DNA of 28,531 nt, taken from contig CAZGJX010000048.1 of NCBI GenBank assembly GCA_964525635.1, forward strand, positions 1 to 28,531, in the 5' to 3' direction. Of this stretch, positions 1-8,724 are shown piece after piece. Under the pieces are notes generated by a model. It was not told the origin of the DNA. It did not search any database and was given only the letters and a program-made list of their open reading frames with translations. The position numbers and the translations under genes are program-made. Source of the stretch: an uncultured archaeon (GTDB lineage: Archaea; Asgardarchaeota; Lokiarchaeia; Sigyniarchaeales; SOKP01). The stretch's first letter is position 1. Every line of letters begins with the position of its first letter.

Positions 1-503
1 TTTGCAATTCTTATTGTCATTATCATAGAGGGAATAAAACCTATAAAGCTAATAAAGAAGTACAGCAAAATAAATAATAAATTGCTGTATTTAATTGCTA
101 ATCCCTCATGTAAGAGCATTATACCCTTTGGAATAGATAAAATAACAAATGAAGAGAGACCATATACTATGATAATTGATATCTTCCTTTTTGAATTAAA
201 TATTGATGCTATAAAATAAAGGTCACTTATAAAAATAACCAGAAATATTATACTAAATAATATCATAAAAGTCAACAAAAAATATAAGGATTCTATAAGA
301 CTCATAAATCTACTATCATATGAGACTAATGTAATTGCAAAGATATTCAATAAAAAGGCAATAATGAGTGAAATATAGAATAAGCTTAATGATATTGCTG
401 TACTGTCTTTTCTTCTTTTTAGGATCTTATATACAATAATAAGAAAAAATAATGTGATAATTGTTTGGGGAATTAGAACTATGAAATATCGAGTCAAATC
501 CAT
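1..503 (-). CDS. Stand-alone multi-pass (probably 7TM) membrane protein, runs off the window edge; paralog of 1657..2373
   Basis: Not in the ORF track. Manual translation from ATG at 503 is open to the edge: MDLTRYFIVLIPQTIITLFFLIIVYKILKRKDSTAISLSLFYISLIIAFLLNIFAITLV...EGLAIKYSNLLFILLYFFISFIGFIPSMIMTIRIA. Five hydrophobic segments are visible. It shares Q-x4/5-FF-x-I-x-YKI-x-K(K/R) and EG-x-A-(x)-(R/K)YS with 1657..2373. Confidence 0.85.
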   Translation of the reverse strand, partial: MDLTRYFIVLIPQTIITLFFLIIVYKILKRRKDSTAISLSLFYISLIIAFLLNIFAITLVSYDSRFMSLIESLYFLLTFMILFSIIFLVIFISDLYFIASIFNSKRKISIIIVYGLSSFVILSIPKGIMLLHEGLAIKYSNLLFILLYFFISFIGFIPSMIMTIRIA

Positions 504-530
504 TGAATTGACCTTTAATTCTTCTTTATT

Positions 531-562
531 TATTATAAAGTAAAACTATTCTATTATAAAGT
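531..562. promoter_or_regulatory. 11-bp direct repeat TATTATAAAGT x2 in the divergent promoter; reads as a TATA-box-like TTTATAATA on the minus strand
   Basis: Copies at 531-541 and 552-562 (21-bp period, about two helical turns). The proximal copy lies about 28 bp upstream of the ATG at 503. Confidence 0.4.
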
Positions 563-628
563 TTATTAAATAAAAATACAAATTAAATATTAATATTTTT
601 ATATCAAGGAGTCCATACTAATTAATAG

Positions 629-1648
629 ATGGAAGATATTGTCATTGAAGAATCAATAGAAAAAATATATAATCATTTGCAATTAGGAACAAGTATTCCA
701 ATACTCCCTGAGTTTAAAGAACCAACATTATTCGCATTGAAAAATTATGGAGTAAAAGCAATCCTTCTAAAGGAAAAAAATGAAAATAATGTCCTTTTCA
801 GCAAAAGTTGTATTGTAGGAATAAGTTTACTCTATAGCTATGAATCTATTTTATATTTTGGCTTTTTTAAGATATATGATGATGATAGGAAAAAGATTCA
901 AAAATTAATAGATACTATAATCTCTTACGCTAAAGAGCATAACTACACAGCAATTCGAGGTCCAGTTAATATTCCGACAATTATTTTTGGATATGGTTTT
1001 ATGGTTGAGGGAAGTGATACCTCCACATTAATAGCTCGATCTGTTGATTCTCCAATTTATTTAGAACTTTATAACAAAAATGGTTTTGATGAGAAATTTA
1101 TTTTAGATACTTATGTATTTAAATTGCAAAAGCTAAATATAAAAAATATCAAAGAATACCAAGAAATGTATGATTTCCTTATGGTTAATAATGAAGGACT
1201 TTTAAAATATAAGGATAAGTTTGTGAATCTCCATGCAGAAGCCATGCCAGAGTATTCTCAAATAACACCAAATGTTTCAATTAATGCATTAACTATTTTA
1301 AAGCATTTATTTAATTGGGATTTGCCATATAAGTTAGGGGGAATTACATTCCTCAAATCCTCAAAAGAAGTTATATCATGTGGATTTCTAGCCCCTAATC
1401 CATTTAATTTTCACTATATTAATATTGAACAAATAGTAATAGATAAAAAATATCAGGGTTATGGTATAATTAAATTTATCAATTCTGAATTAATGGCATA
1501 TTACTTAAATTTAAAAGATGAAGACAGACCTTATTATGCCTCAGCTTTTGTTAGCGCTGAAAATGAGCGAATGAGTGGCTTTCTAGTAAAATATTATTCT
1601 GCGTGGAGAGGGAGAAGGCATATAGTATTAGAGTATAAGTTAAAATAA
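629..1648 (+). CDS. Tandem GNAT-fold N-acyl/acetyltransferase (YghO-like)
   Basis: LYFGFF...IRGPVN...GYGFMVEG...Y-x2-LY-x2-NGF pattern in the N-terminal half; C-terminal acyl-CoA motif A QIVIDKKYQGYGI and N-x2-M motif (ENERM); AAGGAG upstream. Confidence 0.7.
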   Translation: MEDIVIEESIEKIYNHLQLGTSIPILPEFKEPTLFALKNYGVKAILLKEKNENNVLFSKSCIVGISLLYSYESILYFGFFKIYDDDRKKIQKLIDTIISYAKEHNYTAIRGPVNIPTIIFGYGFMVEGSDTSTLIARSVDSPIYLELYNKNGFDEKFILDTYVFKLQKLNIKNIKEYQEMYDFLMVNNEGLLKYKDKFVNLHAEAMPEYSQITPNVSINALTILKHLFNWDLPYKLGGITFLKSSKEVISCGFLAPNPFNFHYINIEQIVIDKKYQGYGIIKFINSELMAYYLNLKDEDRPYYASAFVSAENERMSGFLVKYYSAWRGRRHIVLEYKLK

Positions 1649-1656
1649 AATAGTTT

Positions 1657-2373
1657 TCACTCATCAAATTTAATTCTTATTGAAATATTTAAAAATAAAA
1701 AGAAGATTGGAATTATTAACACAAATGAAAAAAAAGGAAATAAAATATTAAATATCTCACAATTTAGGCAAGTATTATATAATGCTTGACCATAATGTTC
1801 TATAAAGGTAAAAATTATTCCCAGAGATAGGAATTTTATCTTTTTTTTGAGTTTCTTATCTTTAAACTTTTTATGTATTTTATATGAATCAAATAAAATC
1901 AGCATAAATATGAATCCTGGATCAACTAGTATTAATAAATAGAACATTATCCATGAATAACGAGCAGTACCTTCTATGATTGTTATAGGGAAAAATGTAA
2001 ATATAAGAATTATGCCAAGTGATCCCAGAATTAGACATATAGCAAAGAATATTTTAAACTTCTTTTTTTGGTTTATATTTTTAAAACGGTAAAAGAATTG
2101 ATAAAGGAAAATAAATGAAATAAGGATAAAATAAAGAGAGATTACATATATAATATAAAAAATATCTTGGTTCATAACTTTACGAAATGGTGCTGTAATA
2201 GATAAAAGTAAATACCCAGCAGTTTGAACTAATAGATATCCAATGAGAAATTTAGTATAATTATTAAAATTTTTCTTAATAATTTTATAGCTTATGAATA
2301 TATAGAAAAATACCGTAAGCATTTGACCTAAATATCCAAAAGTTCTAAATATTTGCTCTATAATTAATCTCAC
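1657..2373 (-). CDS. Stand-alone 7TM membrane protein (HisKA_7TM-like sensor fold without an output domain)
   Basis: Seven hydrophobic segments with Lys-rich loops after TM1, TM3 and TM5 (KIHKKFKDKKLKKKIK), implying N-out/C-in topology; GTG start preceded by AAGGA. Confidence 0.75.
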   Translation of the reverse strand: MRLIIEQIFRTFGYLGQMLTVFFYIFISYKIIKKNFNNYTKFLIGYLLVQTAGYLLLSITAPFRKVMNQDIFYIIYVISLYFILISFIFLYQFFYRFKNINQKKKFKIFFAICLILGSLGIILIFTFFPITIIEGTARYSWIMFYLLILVDPGFIFMLILFDSYKIHKKFKDKKLKKKIKFLSLGIIFTFIEHYGQALYNTCLNCEIFNILFPFFSFVLIIPIFFLFLNISIRIKFDE

Positions 2374-2394
2374 ACAATCCTTGATTTATGTTCT

Positions 2395-2931
2395 TTAATA
2401 CAATACTGATTCTGCAACCTTCTCTTCGAGATGAGATTGAAGTTTTTCTTCAAATTTTTGATAAAATTTCTCAGAAAAATCTCTGGGTAAATCAGAATAT
2501 TCTTCCCTAAAGATATCTTTTAAGAGAATCTTTACTTCATTGTTATATTTATCTAAAATATTCAGAGACTCATTGTAATTAATTTTATTCGACCTCCTCT
2601 TAAATATTTCTGAAAGTGTATGCCTATATATTAGAGGTATTATGGGTAATATAAAATCATATAATCTCTGTTTTGCAGACTCTGGAACCGTTAGGATTCT
2701 CTTTCCCAATTCATCATTTTCTTTCACTAACTTGTTGGTTCTTAAATCTTTTACAATATTATAGCAAGTCTTTTTATTAATTCTTGTGATTTGATGAATT
2801 ATATTTACTATGGTTCTTAACTCCTCTCCTTCAAAATTTAGAATAATAATCATAACATAGTAGGTCTTTTTAAAGAAACTATTTGATTGTTTATTAATCT
2901 TTAGTTTGAAAATGCCATTTTTACCCTTCAT
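2395..2931 (-). CDS. Hypothetical protein, possible winged helix-turn-helix DNA-binding protein
   Basis: LRTIVNIIHQITRINKKTCYNIVKDLRTNKLVKENDELGKRILTV resembles an HTH plus wing, followed by a helical C-terminus; 21 bp upstream of the 7TM gene on the same strand. Confidence 0.45.
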   Translation of the reverse strand: MKGKNGIFKLKINKQSNSFFKKTYYVMIIILNFEGEELRTIVNIIHQITRINKKTCYNIVKDLRTNKLVKENDELGKRILTVPESAKQRLYDFILPIIPLIYRHTLSEIFKRRSNKINYNESLNILDKYNNEVKILLKDIFREEYSDLPRDFSEKFYQKFEEKLQSHLEEKVAESVLY

Positions 2932-3039
2932 AAATTATCACGAAATTATAATTATATTACAATTATATATAAATTCTTATAAATAAAAAATTCCCTTAAA
3001 ACCTTCTATATTTTTTTTAATATGAAATTTTCAATATTT

Positions 3040-3336
3040 TTATAGACAATTGCTATTTTTAGGCGGTCCTTTTCCAATGAAAATAATTTCTCCTGTCGTA
3101 CACATGATTTTTGGATAATTAAGACATATAAATACCTTTTTATGAGAGTCGTAGAATAAGATAATAAGTTGATGCTTAATTTTTTTTACTTCTACCTTTC
3201 TACTCTGTTCAAACATGAATTTTATAATCTTTATGTGTTGATGAATCTTTATCGGTCTTACTGGAATTGATTCAAGATTAGTATTACTTAGGTCTAGACT
3301 TATTAAAGATGGAAAATCTCCTATCGAGGTGGGAAT
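3040..3336 (-). pseudogene. Leucine-rich-repeat gene remnant
   Basis: Start-less 98-codon open frame beginning just after an in-frame TAG (3339-3337). The first 25 codons read IPTSIGDFPSLISLDLSNTNLESIP, one LRR unit; the rest is unrecognisable. Confidence 0.6.
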
Positions 3337-3341
3337 CTAAT

Positions 3342-4172
3342 TTATATTATCTGACCACAATAATTTCCACCAAAAGGTCTTTTAGAAATTGGTTTTATTA
3401 CTTTAAATGGTTTTTTTCCTATTAACTCATAGGGAATATTAAAAATCTCACAGAATTCTTTTAAATATGATTCCACTTGTTTTAAATCCTCCTCACATGG
3501 TTCAAAAAGCTTAGCTCCAACTCCTAATTTATCCTCTAAATCCTCTTCAGTTCTTAAAAAGATTTTCCCTCTATGTATCCCTGTACCCAATTCATTTCCA
3601 CATATGGAACTTTCATTTTCAATAATATTACCATCAGGAAGGAATTTCAGACCAAGAATTATAATAAGACCTCCAGCCATGTATTCTCCTAAGAAATCTC
3701 TAGCTATCCCCCCAACAATTATCACCGGATGTTTTCTTTCATATTCTTTAATATGGATTCCAACTCTATATCCAACATCTTTTTTTATATAAATTTTTCC
3801 ACCTCTAGCGGATAATCCAATGACATCTCCTCCATCTCCATGAATTATAATAGTTCCATCATTCATTGTATTTCCAGCTTGATCTTCACAACTTCCATTC
3901 ACGGTTATTTTAGGACCATCCATAAAAATGCCTAAATCATTACCAGGTACACCATTTATTTCAAATTCTAGATCTCCTTGAAGTGAAGCACCAATGAATC
4001 TCTGACCACAAACATCGTTTAAGATAATTTTTTTGTATCCTGAATTTACAGCTTCATGGATTTGTTCATTTAATGTTTTATATTCAATTGGTTCTCCATT
4101 AGGAGCGCTATTTATATTAATTATCTTATTATTTTGAATAGTTTTTCCCTTTTGTATTGTATTTTCAACCAT
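3342..4172 (-). CDS. gltB3: Glutamate synthase large-subunit domain 3 (GXGXG beta-helix), archaeal split type
   Basis: GQRFIG, GVPGNDLGIFMDG, GNTMNDG, GYRVGIH, DFLGEYMAGG, GTGIHRG repeats; 3 bp downstream of gltB2. Confidence 0.92.
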   Translation of the reverse strand: MVENTIQKGKTIQNNKIININSAPNGEPIEYKTLNEQIHEAVNSGYKKIILNDVCGQRFIGASLQGDLEFEINGVPGNDLGIFMDGPKITVNGSCEDQAGNTMNDGTIIIHGDGGDVIGLSARGGKIYIKKDVGYRVGIHIKEYERKHPVIIVGGIARDFLGEYMAGGLIIILGLKFLPDGNIIENESSICGNELGTGIHRGKIFLRTEEDLEDKLGVGAKLFEPCEEDLKQVESYLKEFCEIFNIPYELIGKKPFKVIKPISKRPFGGNYCGQII

Positions 4173-4175
4173 TTT

Positions 4176-5696
4176 TTATTCACCTGCATGTTTTACATTT
4201 AAAATTTCAGCTATTCTTGGATTTGGACCAATATAACGTAAACGATCCCTATTTGAACGTAGAGACTCAACAGAATCAATACCCATAGCACCAAGCACTT
4301 CTTTTAATTCTTCATTCCATGAATGAAAAAGATTGATGATTCGATTTCTAGCTACATCAATGTCAAGTCTTTTAACCAGATACTCTCTTTGACTGGCGAT
4401 ACCCCAACTACAGAGCCCCCTAAAGCATTGTTGACATACTCTACAGCCCATAGCAATTAGAACAGGCATTCCAACCATCCCCACATCTGCACCTAATGCT
4501 ATTGCTTTAATCAAGTCCGCAGAATATCGAATTGATCCTCCTGCTACAAGAGTTATTTGGTCTCTTAATCCTTCTTGACGTAATCGTTGATCAACTGATG
4601 CGATTGCCAATTCGATTGGTATTCCTGCATGATCTCTGATAATTCTTGGAGCTGCGCCAGTACCTCCTCTAAAGCCATCTAAGGTAAGAAAATCGGCTCC
4701 GCCTCTCACAATTCCTACTGCTATTGGAGCACTGTTATGTACAGCAGCGATTTTCACACCGATGGGAACTTTATACCTAGTTGCTTCTTTAAGAGCGGCT
4801 ATTAATTGAGCAAGGTCCTCAATAGAATAGATATCATGATGTGGATATGGACTTAAAGCATCAGATCCTTTGGGAATCATTCTTGTTTGGGATATAAGGG
4901 AATTCACTTTTTCTCCTGGTAGATGTCCCCCATGACCTGGTTTTGCTCCTTGTCCTATTTTAATCTCTAATCCTGCAGTATTTTGTAAATATTTAATATC
5001 TACACCAAATCTGCCAGATGCGACTTCTGTAATGATGTTTTTTCCATACTCATAAAAATCGGGATGTAAACCACCCTCCCCAGAACCTGCTAACACATTT
5101 AATTCATTTACTGCTTGATATATTGCCATACACGCATTATAGCTAATGGAACCAAGACTCATATGTCCGATCATCAATGGCATATCTATTTCAAAATGTG
5201 GTAAAAATTCCGTTTTGAGAGACACCTTATTAGGATCTTTAGGATCGACAGAAAAGTCAAGTTGTTGAGGTTTTCGACCAAAAAATATTTTTGTTTCAAT
5301 TGTTTCTCTCAATGGATCAATACTTGGATTCGTAACTTGACAGGCATCTAAAAGTAGATCATCAAATATTGATCTTATTGGTCTATCATTCCCAGTAGCA
5401 CTCAATAAAACACCTCCATTCCCTGATTGTGCCCATATAATATTTCGGATTCGTTGGGTGTAATTTCCATGTTGAGGTAAATAAGATTCATCTTTAACAA
5501 CTCGAATAGCTTTACCTGGACACATTGAAACACAGCGCTGGCAAGCAACACATTTTGAATCATCTGCTATAATTTTCTCGCCATTAAATGAAAGTGCTCC
5601 ATATGAGCAGTGAGAAACACATCTTTTGCATTTCTTACAATAATCTCTATCAATTTTAACCCTGAAATAAGTTGGACTTATATGCTGTAATGACAT
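4176..5696 (-). CDS. gltB2: Glutamate synthase FMN-binding subunit with N-terminal 2x[4Fe-4S] ferredoxin domain
   Basis: CKKCKRCVSHC and CVACQRCVSMCP; QVTNPSIDPLRE; MSLGSIS; SGEGG; VASGRFGV; EIKIGQGAKPGHGGHLPGEKV; HHDIYSIEDL; [3Fe-4S] motif GCRVCQQCFRGLC. Confidence 0.95.
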   Translation of the reverse strand: MSLQHISPTYFRVKIDRDYCKKCKRCVSHCSYGALSFNGEKIIADDSKCVACQRCVSMCPGKAIRVVKDESYLPQHGNYTQRIRNIIWAQSGNGGVLLSATGNDRPIRSIFDDLLLDACQVTNPSIDPLRETIETKIFFGRKPQQLDFSVDPKDPNKVSLKTEFLPHFEIDMPLMIGHMSLGSISYNACMAIYQAVNELNVLAGSGEGGLHPDFYEYGKNIITEVASGRFGVDIKYLQNTAGLEIKIGQGAKPGHGGHLPGEKVNSLISQTRMIPKGSDALSPYPHHDIYSIEDLAQLIAALKEATRYKVPIGVKIAAVHNSAPIAVGIVRGGADFLTLDGFRGGTGAAPRIIRDHAGIPIELAIASVDQRLRQEGLRDQITLVAGGSIRYSADLIKAIALGADVGMVGMPVLIAMGCRVCQQCFRGLCSWGIASQREYLVKRLDIDVARNRIINLFHSWNEELKEVLGAMGIDSVESLRSNRDRLRYIGPNPRIAEILNVKHAGE

Positions 5697-5697
5697 T

Positions 5698-6891
5698 TTA
5701 AACCCCCATAACAGATAATTGTATTTTTTCTAAAGGTTTTTCCAAACCATTATATAATAAACCTTCCCCTACACGTGCGATAATTGCTGTACCACTTTTT
5801 GGATGCCAGATCTCACTAAATTCATATTTAAATTCTTCATTAAGCATAAGTCTCTTGAAACTAGCCTCCTCACTACTTAGGTAAATGGTGTTTTCATCTT
5901 CAGATGCAGCAGCGACTAATGGTCTTAATTTCTTTCTATCTGATAATCCAATCATAGTTGAAGTGGGGTCGTTATATCCTATAACGACTGAAAATGGACC
6001 ATTTAGCATCGCTGATCGATACGTTGCTCTAATATTTTTTAATGCAATCTGATATTTTTTATCCATCTTTTTAATTTCATCAAATAATGGTGGAGCTAAC
6101 GCTAAATTTGCTATTGGTAATGGTAATTTATGTCTTCTAACTAATAAATCAAATAAATATGCAATAACTTCAGTATCCGTAAATAATGTGCATTTATATC
6201 CAAAGGATTCTAGATATCTTTTATTTGTACCATAAGATGTTATTTCACCATTATGTACCACTGATGTACCCAATAAATTAAATGGATGTGCTCCGCCCCA
6301 CCATCCTGGGGTATTTGTTGGAAATCTACTATGAGCAAGCCACATATGTGCTTTATAATCTTTTATATTATAAAATTCTGCGATTTCATGAGACCATCCA
6401 TTTCCTTTGAATACTCCCATATTTTTTCCAGAAGACATTATAAATGCTCCATTAAAATGTTCATTTATTTGCATTACTAAATTTACTATTTGTTCATCGT
6501 TAGAAATACTTTTCATCTGTTTTGGTTCATAAAAAACTCTCCAAATAATTGGAGGATTATCAATATTACTAGGTGTTTTTGTAGGGATAGGTTCTGAATG
6601 AATAATATAACCTATTTTCTCAAGATGAGATAAGACTTTTTCTTTAATTTGCTCAGTATCAAATAAAAAATGAAGTGCATAATAATCTTTATAATTTGGA
6701 TATATTCCATAACCAGCAAAACCAGCTCCTAATCCATTTTCTCTATCATGTAGGATACATAACATATCAATTACTTTAGATCCACTATCACGTTTTCCAT
6801 CAATGTTAAGATATCCAGAAATACCACATCCATCAAATATCCTCTGATTTCGAAAAATTTCAGGTAGACTTGTATAATTCTCCCATTTCAT
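5698..6891 (-). CDS. gltB1: Glutamate synthase glutamine amidotransferase subunit (class II/Ntn)
   Basis: DGCGISG (Cys22 is the probable mature N-terminal nucleophile after a 21-aa propeptide), NGLGAG, AHSRFPTNT, HPF, VVHNGEITSY, TDTEV, DR-x2-LRP. Confidence 0.93.
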   Translation of the reverse strand: MKWENYTSLPEIFRNQRIFDGCGISGYLNIDGKRDSGSKVIDMLCILHDRENGLGAGFAGYGIYPNYKDYYALHFLFDTEQIKEKVLSHLEKIGYIIHSEPIPTKTPSNIDNPPIIWRVFYEPKQMKSISNDEQIVNLVMQINEHFNGAFIMSSGKNMGVFKGNGWSHEIAEFYNIKDYKAHMWLAHSRFPTNTPGWWGGAHPFNLLGTSVVHNGEITSYGTNKRYLESFGYKCTLFTDTEVIAYLFDLLVRRHKLPLPIANLALAPPLFDEIKKMDKKYQIALKNIRATYRSAMLNGPFSVVIGYNDPTSTMIGLSDRKKLRPLVAAASEDENTIYLSSEEASFKRLMLNEEFKYEFSEIWHPKSGTAIIARVGEGLLYNGLEKPLEKIQLSVMGV

Positions 6892-8237
6892 GTTTGACTT
6901 TCCTCTTTAATTTTTTTTAATAATTTTAATAAATCATCAAGTTGCGGTTTATTTGAATCAAGACCAACCCTTTTTCGAGCTGATTTTGAAAACATTGCAA
7001 CAGTTCCCATTTTTCTAAATGATTCAAATTCGCGTTCAAATCCTTTTACAATAAATCCTCTTTCTTTTGCGAGATTACGAAGAATAGTAAATATTTCTAC
7101 TAATCCTATTTTAGATGGACATAATTCATAACAAACATAGCAGTCTAAACACATCCAAATGCTTGGATCTTTTATAATCTGTTCAATTTTTCCATCTAAA
7201 ATATCACCCACTATTTTATTTGGATCAAAACTAGTAATTTTTGCAACAGGACAATCATTATTGCATGCTCCACATGCTTTACATTTTTTTAAAAACTCTA
7301 TATCAAAATAATCTTTAATCTCATCATTTCTTCTATGGATAGAATCTATTTTTTTAAAAATGATATCAACTGGAGTCCTGTGAAACTTTTTAATAATATC
7401 TTTTATTTCAATTCCCAAAGCTATACATAACAATTCAGAATAATATAATACAGGAATATCATAATTATAATCAATTTTCTTTAATTCTTGTTGAAGGTGA
7501 TCAAATTGAATAAAACATTGTGGGCACCCTACCACAATGCAATCTATTCTATATTCTTTCATTGCTTCCAATTTATTTTGAATCATCTCCAAAGCAGAAT
7601 CGGGATTTCCTGCTCTTTCTAGACTTCCTCCACAACAATCCATTTTTCTATCATATTCTATACTTTTAGCTCCTAAATCTTCAATTAAAGAATCAAATAT
7701 ATGGGGCTCCATAGGATCATCCATTTGAATCTTATTACTCGGACGAAGGAAATGACATCCATAATGAACAGCTACCCTCAATCCATTTAAAGGATATTGT
7801 ATATTATCTTTTATTGTATGTTTTCCTAATTTATGAAAAAATTCAACTAAATGAAATACATCAATTTTACCAGAGACATTTAAATCAATATCTCCAAGAT
7901 ATTTATTCATTTCATCACGAAAATTGGGATTTGCTTTTATTTCACTTCTAATACCTTTTAAGGTCTCAAAACAACCATTACATGGAGTTAGAATACTTTC
8001 TTCTTCTTTCTCTGCTAATGCTAGGTTTCTTGATGCAGTTATTGAATAAATAAGCTCATTTGAATTTTTTATACCATTTGGTTCAGGACAACATGAAAAA
8101 TGAGGATTAGGATCTGAAATATTAATTCCAAAAAATTCTAATATTTTTCTAATTGAAACTTCAATAAAAGGGAGCCTATAACTAATAACACATCCAGGAA
8201 ATAACGTTACTTTTTGTTGAATTATATTTAACACCAA
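6888..8237 (-). CDS. hdrBC: Heterodisulfide reductase HdrB::HdrC fusion protein
   Basis: Two CCG domains (FPGC...SCCPEP...RNL...TPCNGC; HYGCHFLRP...DCCGG...GCPQC...QFD) followed by HdrC-type CKACGACNNDCP and IWMCLDCYVCYELCP. The stop overlaps the gltB1 start (ATGA, 6888-6891). TTG or GTG start uncertain. Confidence 0.92.
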   Translation of the reverse strand: MVLNIIQQKVTLFPGCVISYRLPFIEVSIRKILEFFGINISDPNPHFSCCPEPNGIKNSNELIYSITASRNLALAEKEEESILTPCNGCFETLKGIRSEIKANPNFRDEMNKYLGDIDLNVSGKIDVFHLVEFFHKLGKHTIKDNIQYPLNGLRVAVHYGCHFLRPSNKIQMDDPMEPHIFDSLIEDLGAKSIEYDRKMDCCGGSLERAGNPDSALEMIQNKLEAMKEYRIDCIVVGCPQCFIQFDHLQQELKKIDYNYDIPVLYYSELLCIALGIEIKDIIKKFHRTPVDIIFKKIDSIHRRNDEIKDYFDIEFLKKCKACGACNNDCPVAKITSFDPNKIVGDILDGKIEQIIKDPSIWMCLDCYVCYELCPSKIGLVEIFTILRNLAKERGFIVKGFEREFESFRKMGTVAMFSKSARKRVGLDSNKPQLDDLLKLLKKIKEESQT

Positions 8238-8546
8238 ATAATATTGATAATAATTATAGTTATATTTATTATATCTGGGATATATTCATGCTTAATAGTT
8301 ATATAATTATAAAATATATAAAGTTTATGATTTATTCATAATTATTATTATTTTTCGCTAAAAAGTAAATTTAAATGGAATATAACAATATAATTAGTTA
8401 TATTTAATAAATAACTCTTTTTTTTTTAAAAATTATAAAATATCTTTTTTTCTGCTTCTAAATGCTCAGATGATAGTTTTATTTAATAAGAAAACAGGTT
8501 AATTTACTAAAAAAAGGATATTTTATTGGCTATATTCAATATATTA

Positions 8547-8563
8547 AATATACCCCATATATT
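8547..8563. promoter_or_regulatory. Palindromic operator candidate AATATA-N5-TATATT (copy 1)
   Basis: AATATA CCCCA TATATT in the divergent hdrBC / FMN-enzyme promoter region; the same motif occurs at 13464 and 23562. Confidence 0.5.
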
Positions 8564-8724
8564 TGTTTAACTAATAATATATATTATAATGGTTAATTTT
8601 TATAATTAAATAATTCATAATTTGTATGAACTTTTATGAGAAGACCTTTAAAAATACTGCAAATTATGAGCTATGATAATTAAAAACCCATTAAATTATA
8701 ATAATTAAAATTAGGTAAAGAATA

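Noticed and set aside
1657-2373. Microbial rhodopsin or true GPCR
   Set aside because: No retinal-binding Lys in helix 7 and no class-A GPCR motifs; only the topology is similar.
6888-8237. HdrBC as evidence of methanogenesis, or selenocysteine recoding in the Hdr/Fdh-like genes
   Set aside because: No mcr, mtr or hdrA in the window; the frames are complete without in-frame TGA, and no SECIS was evident.
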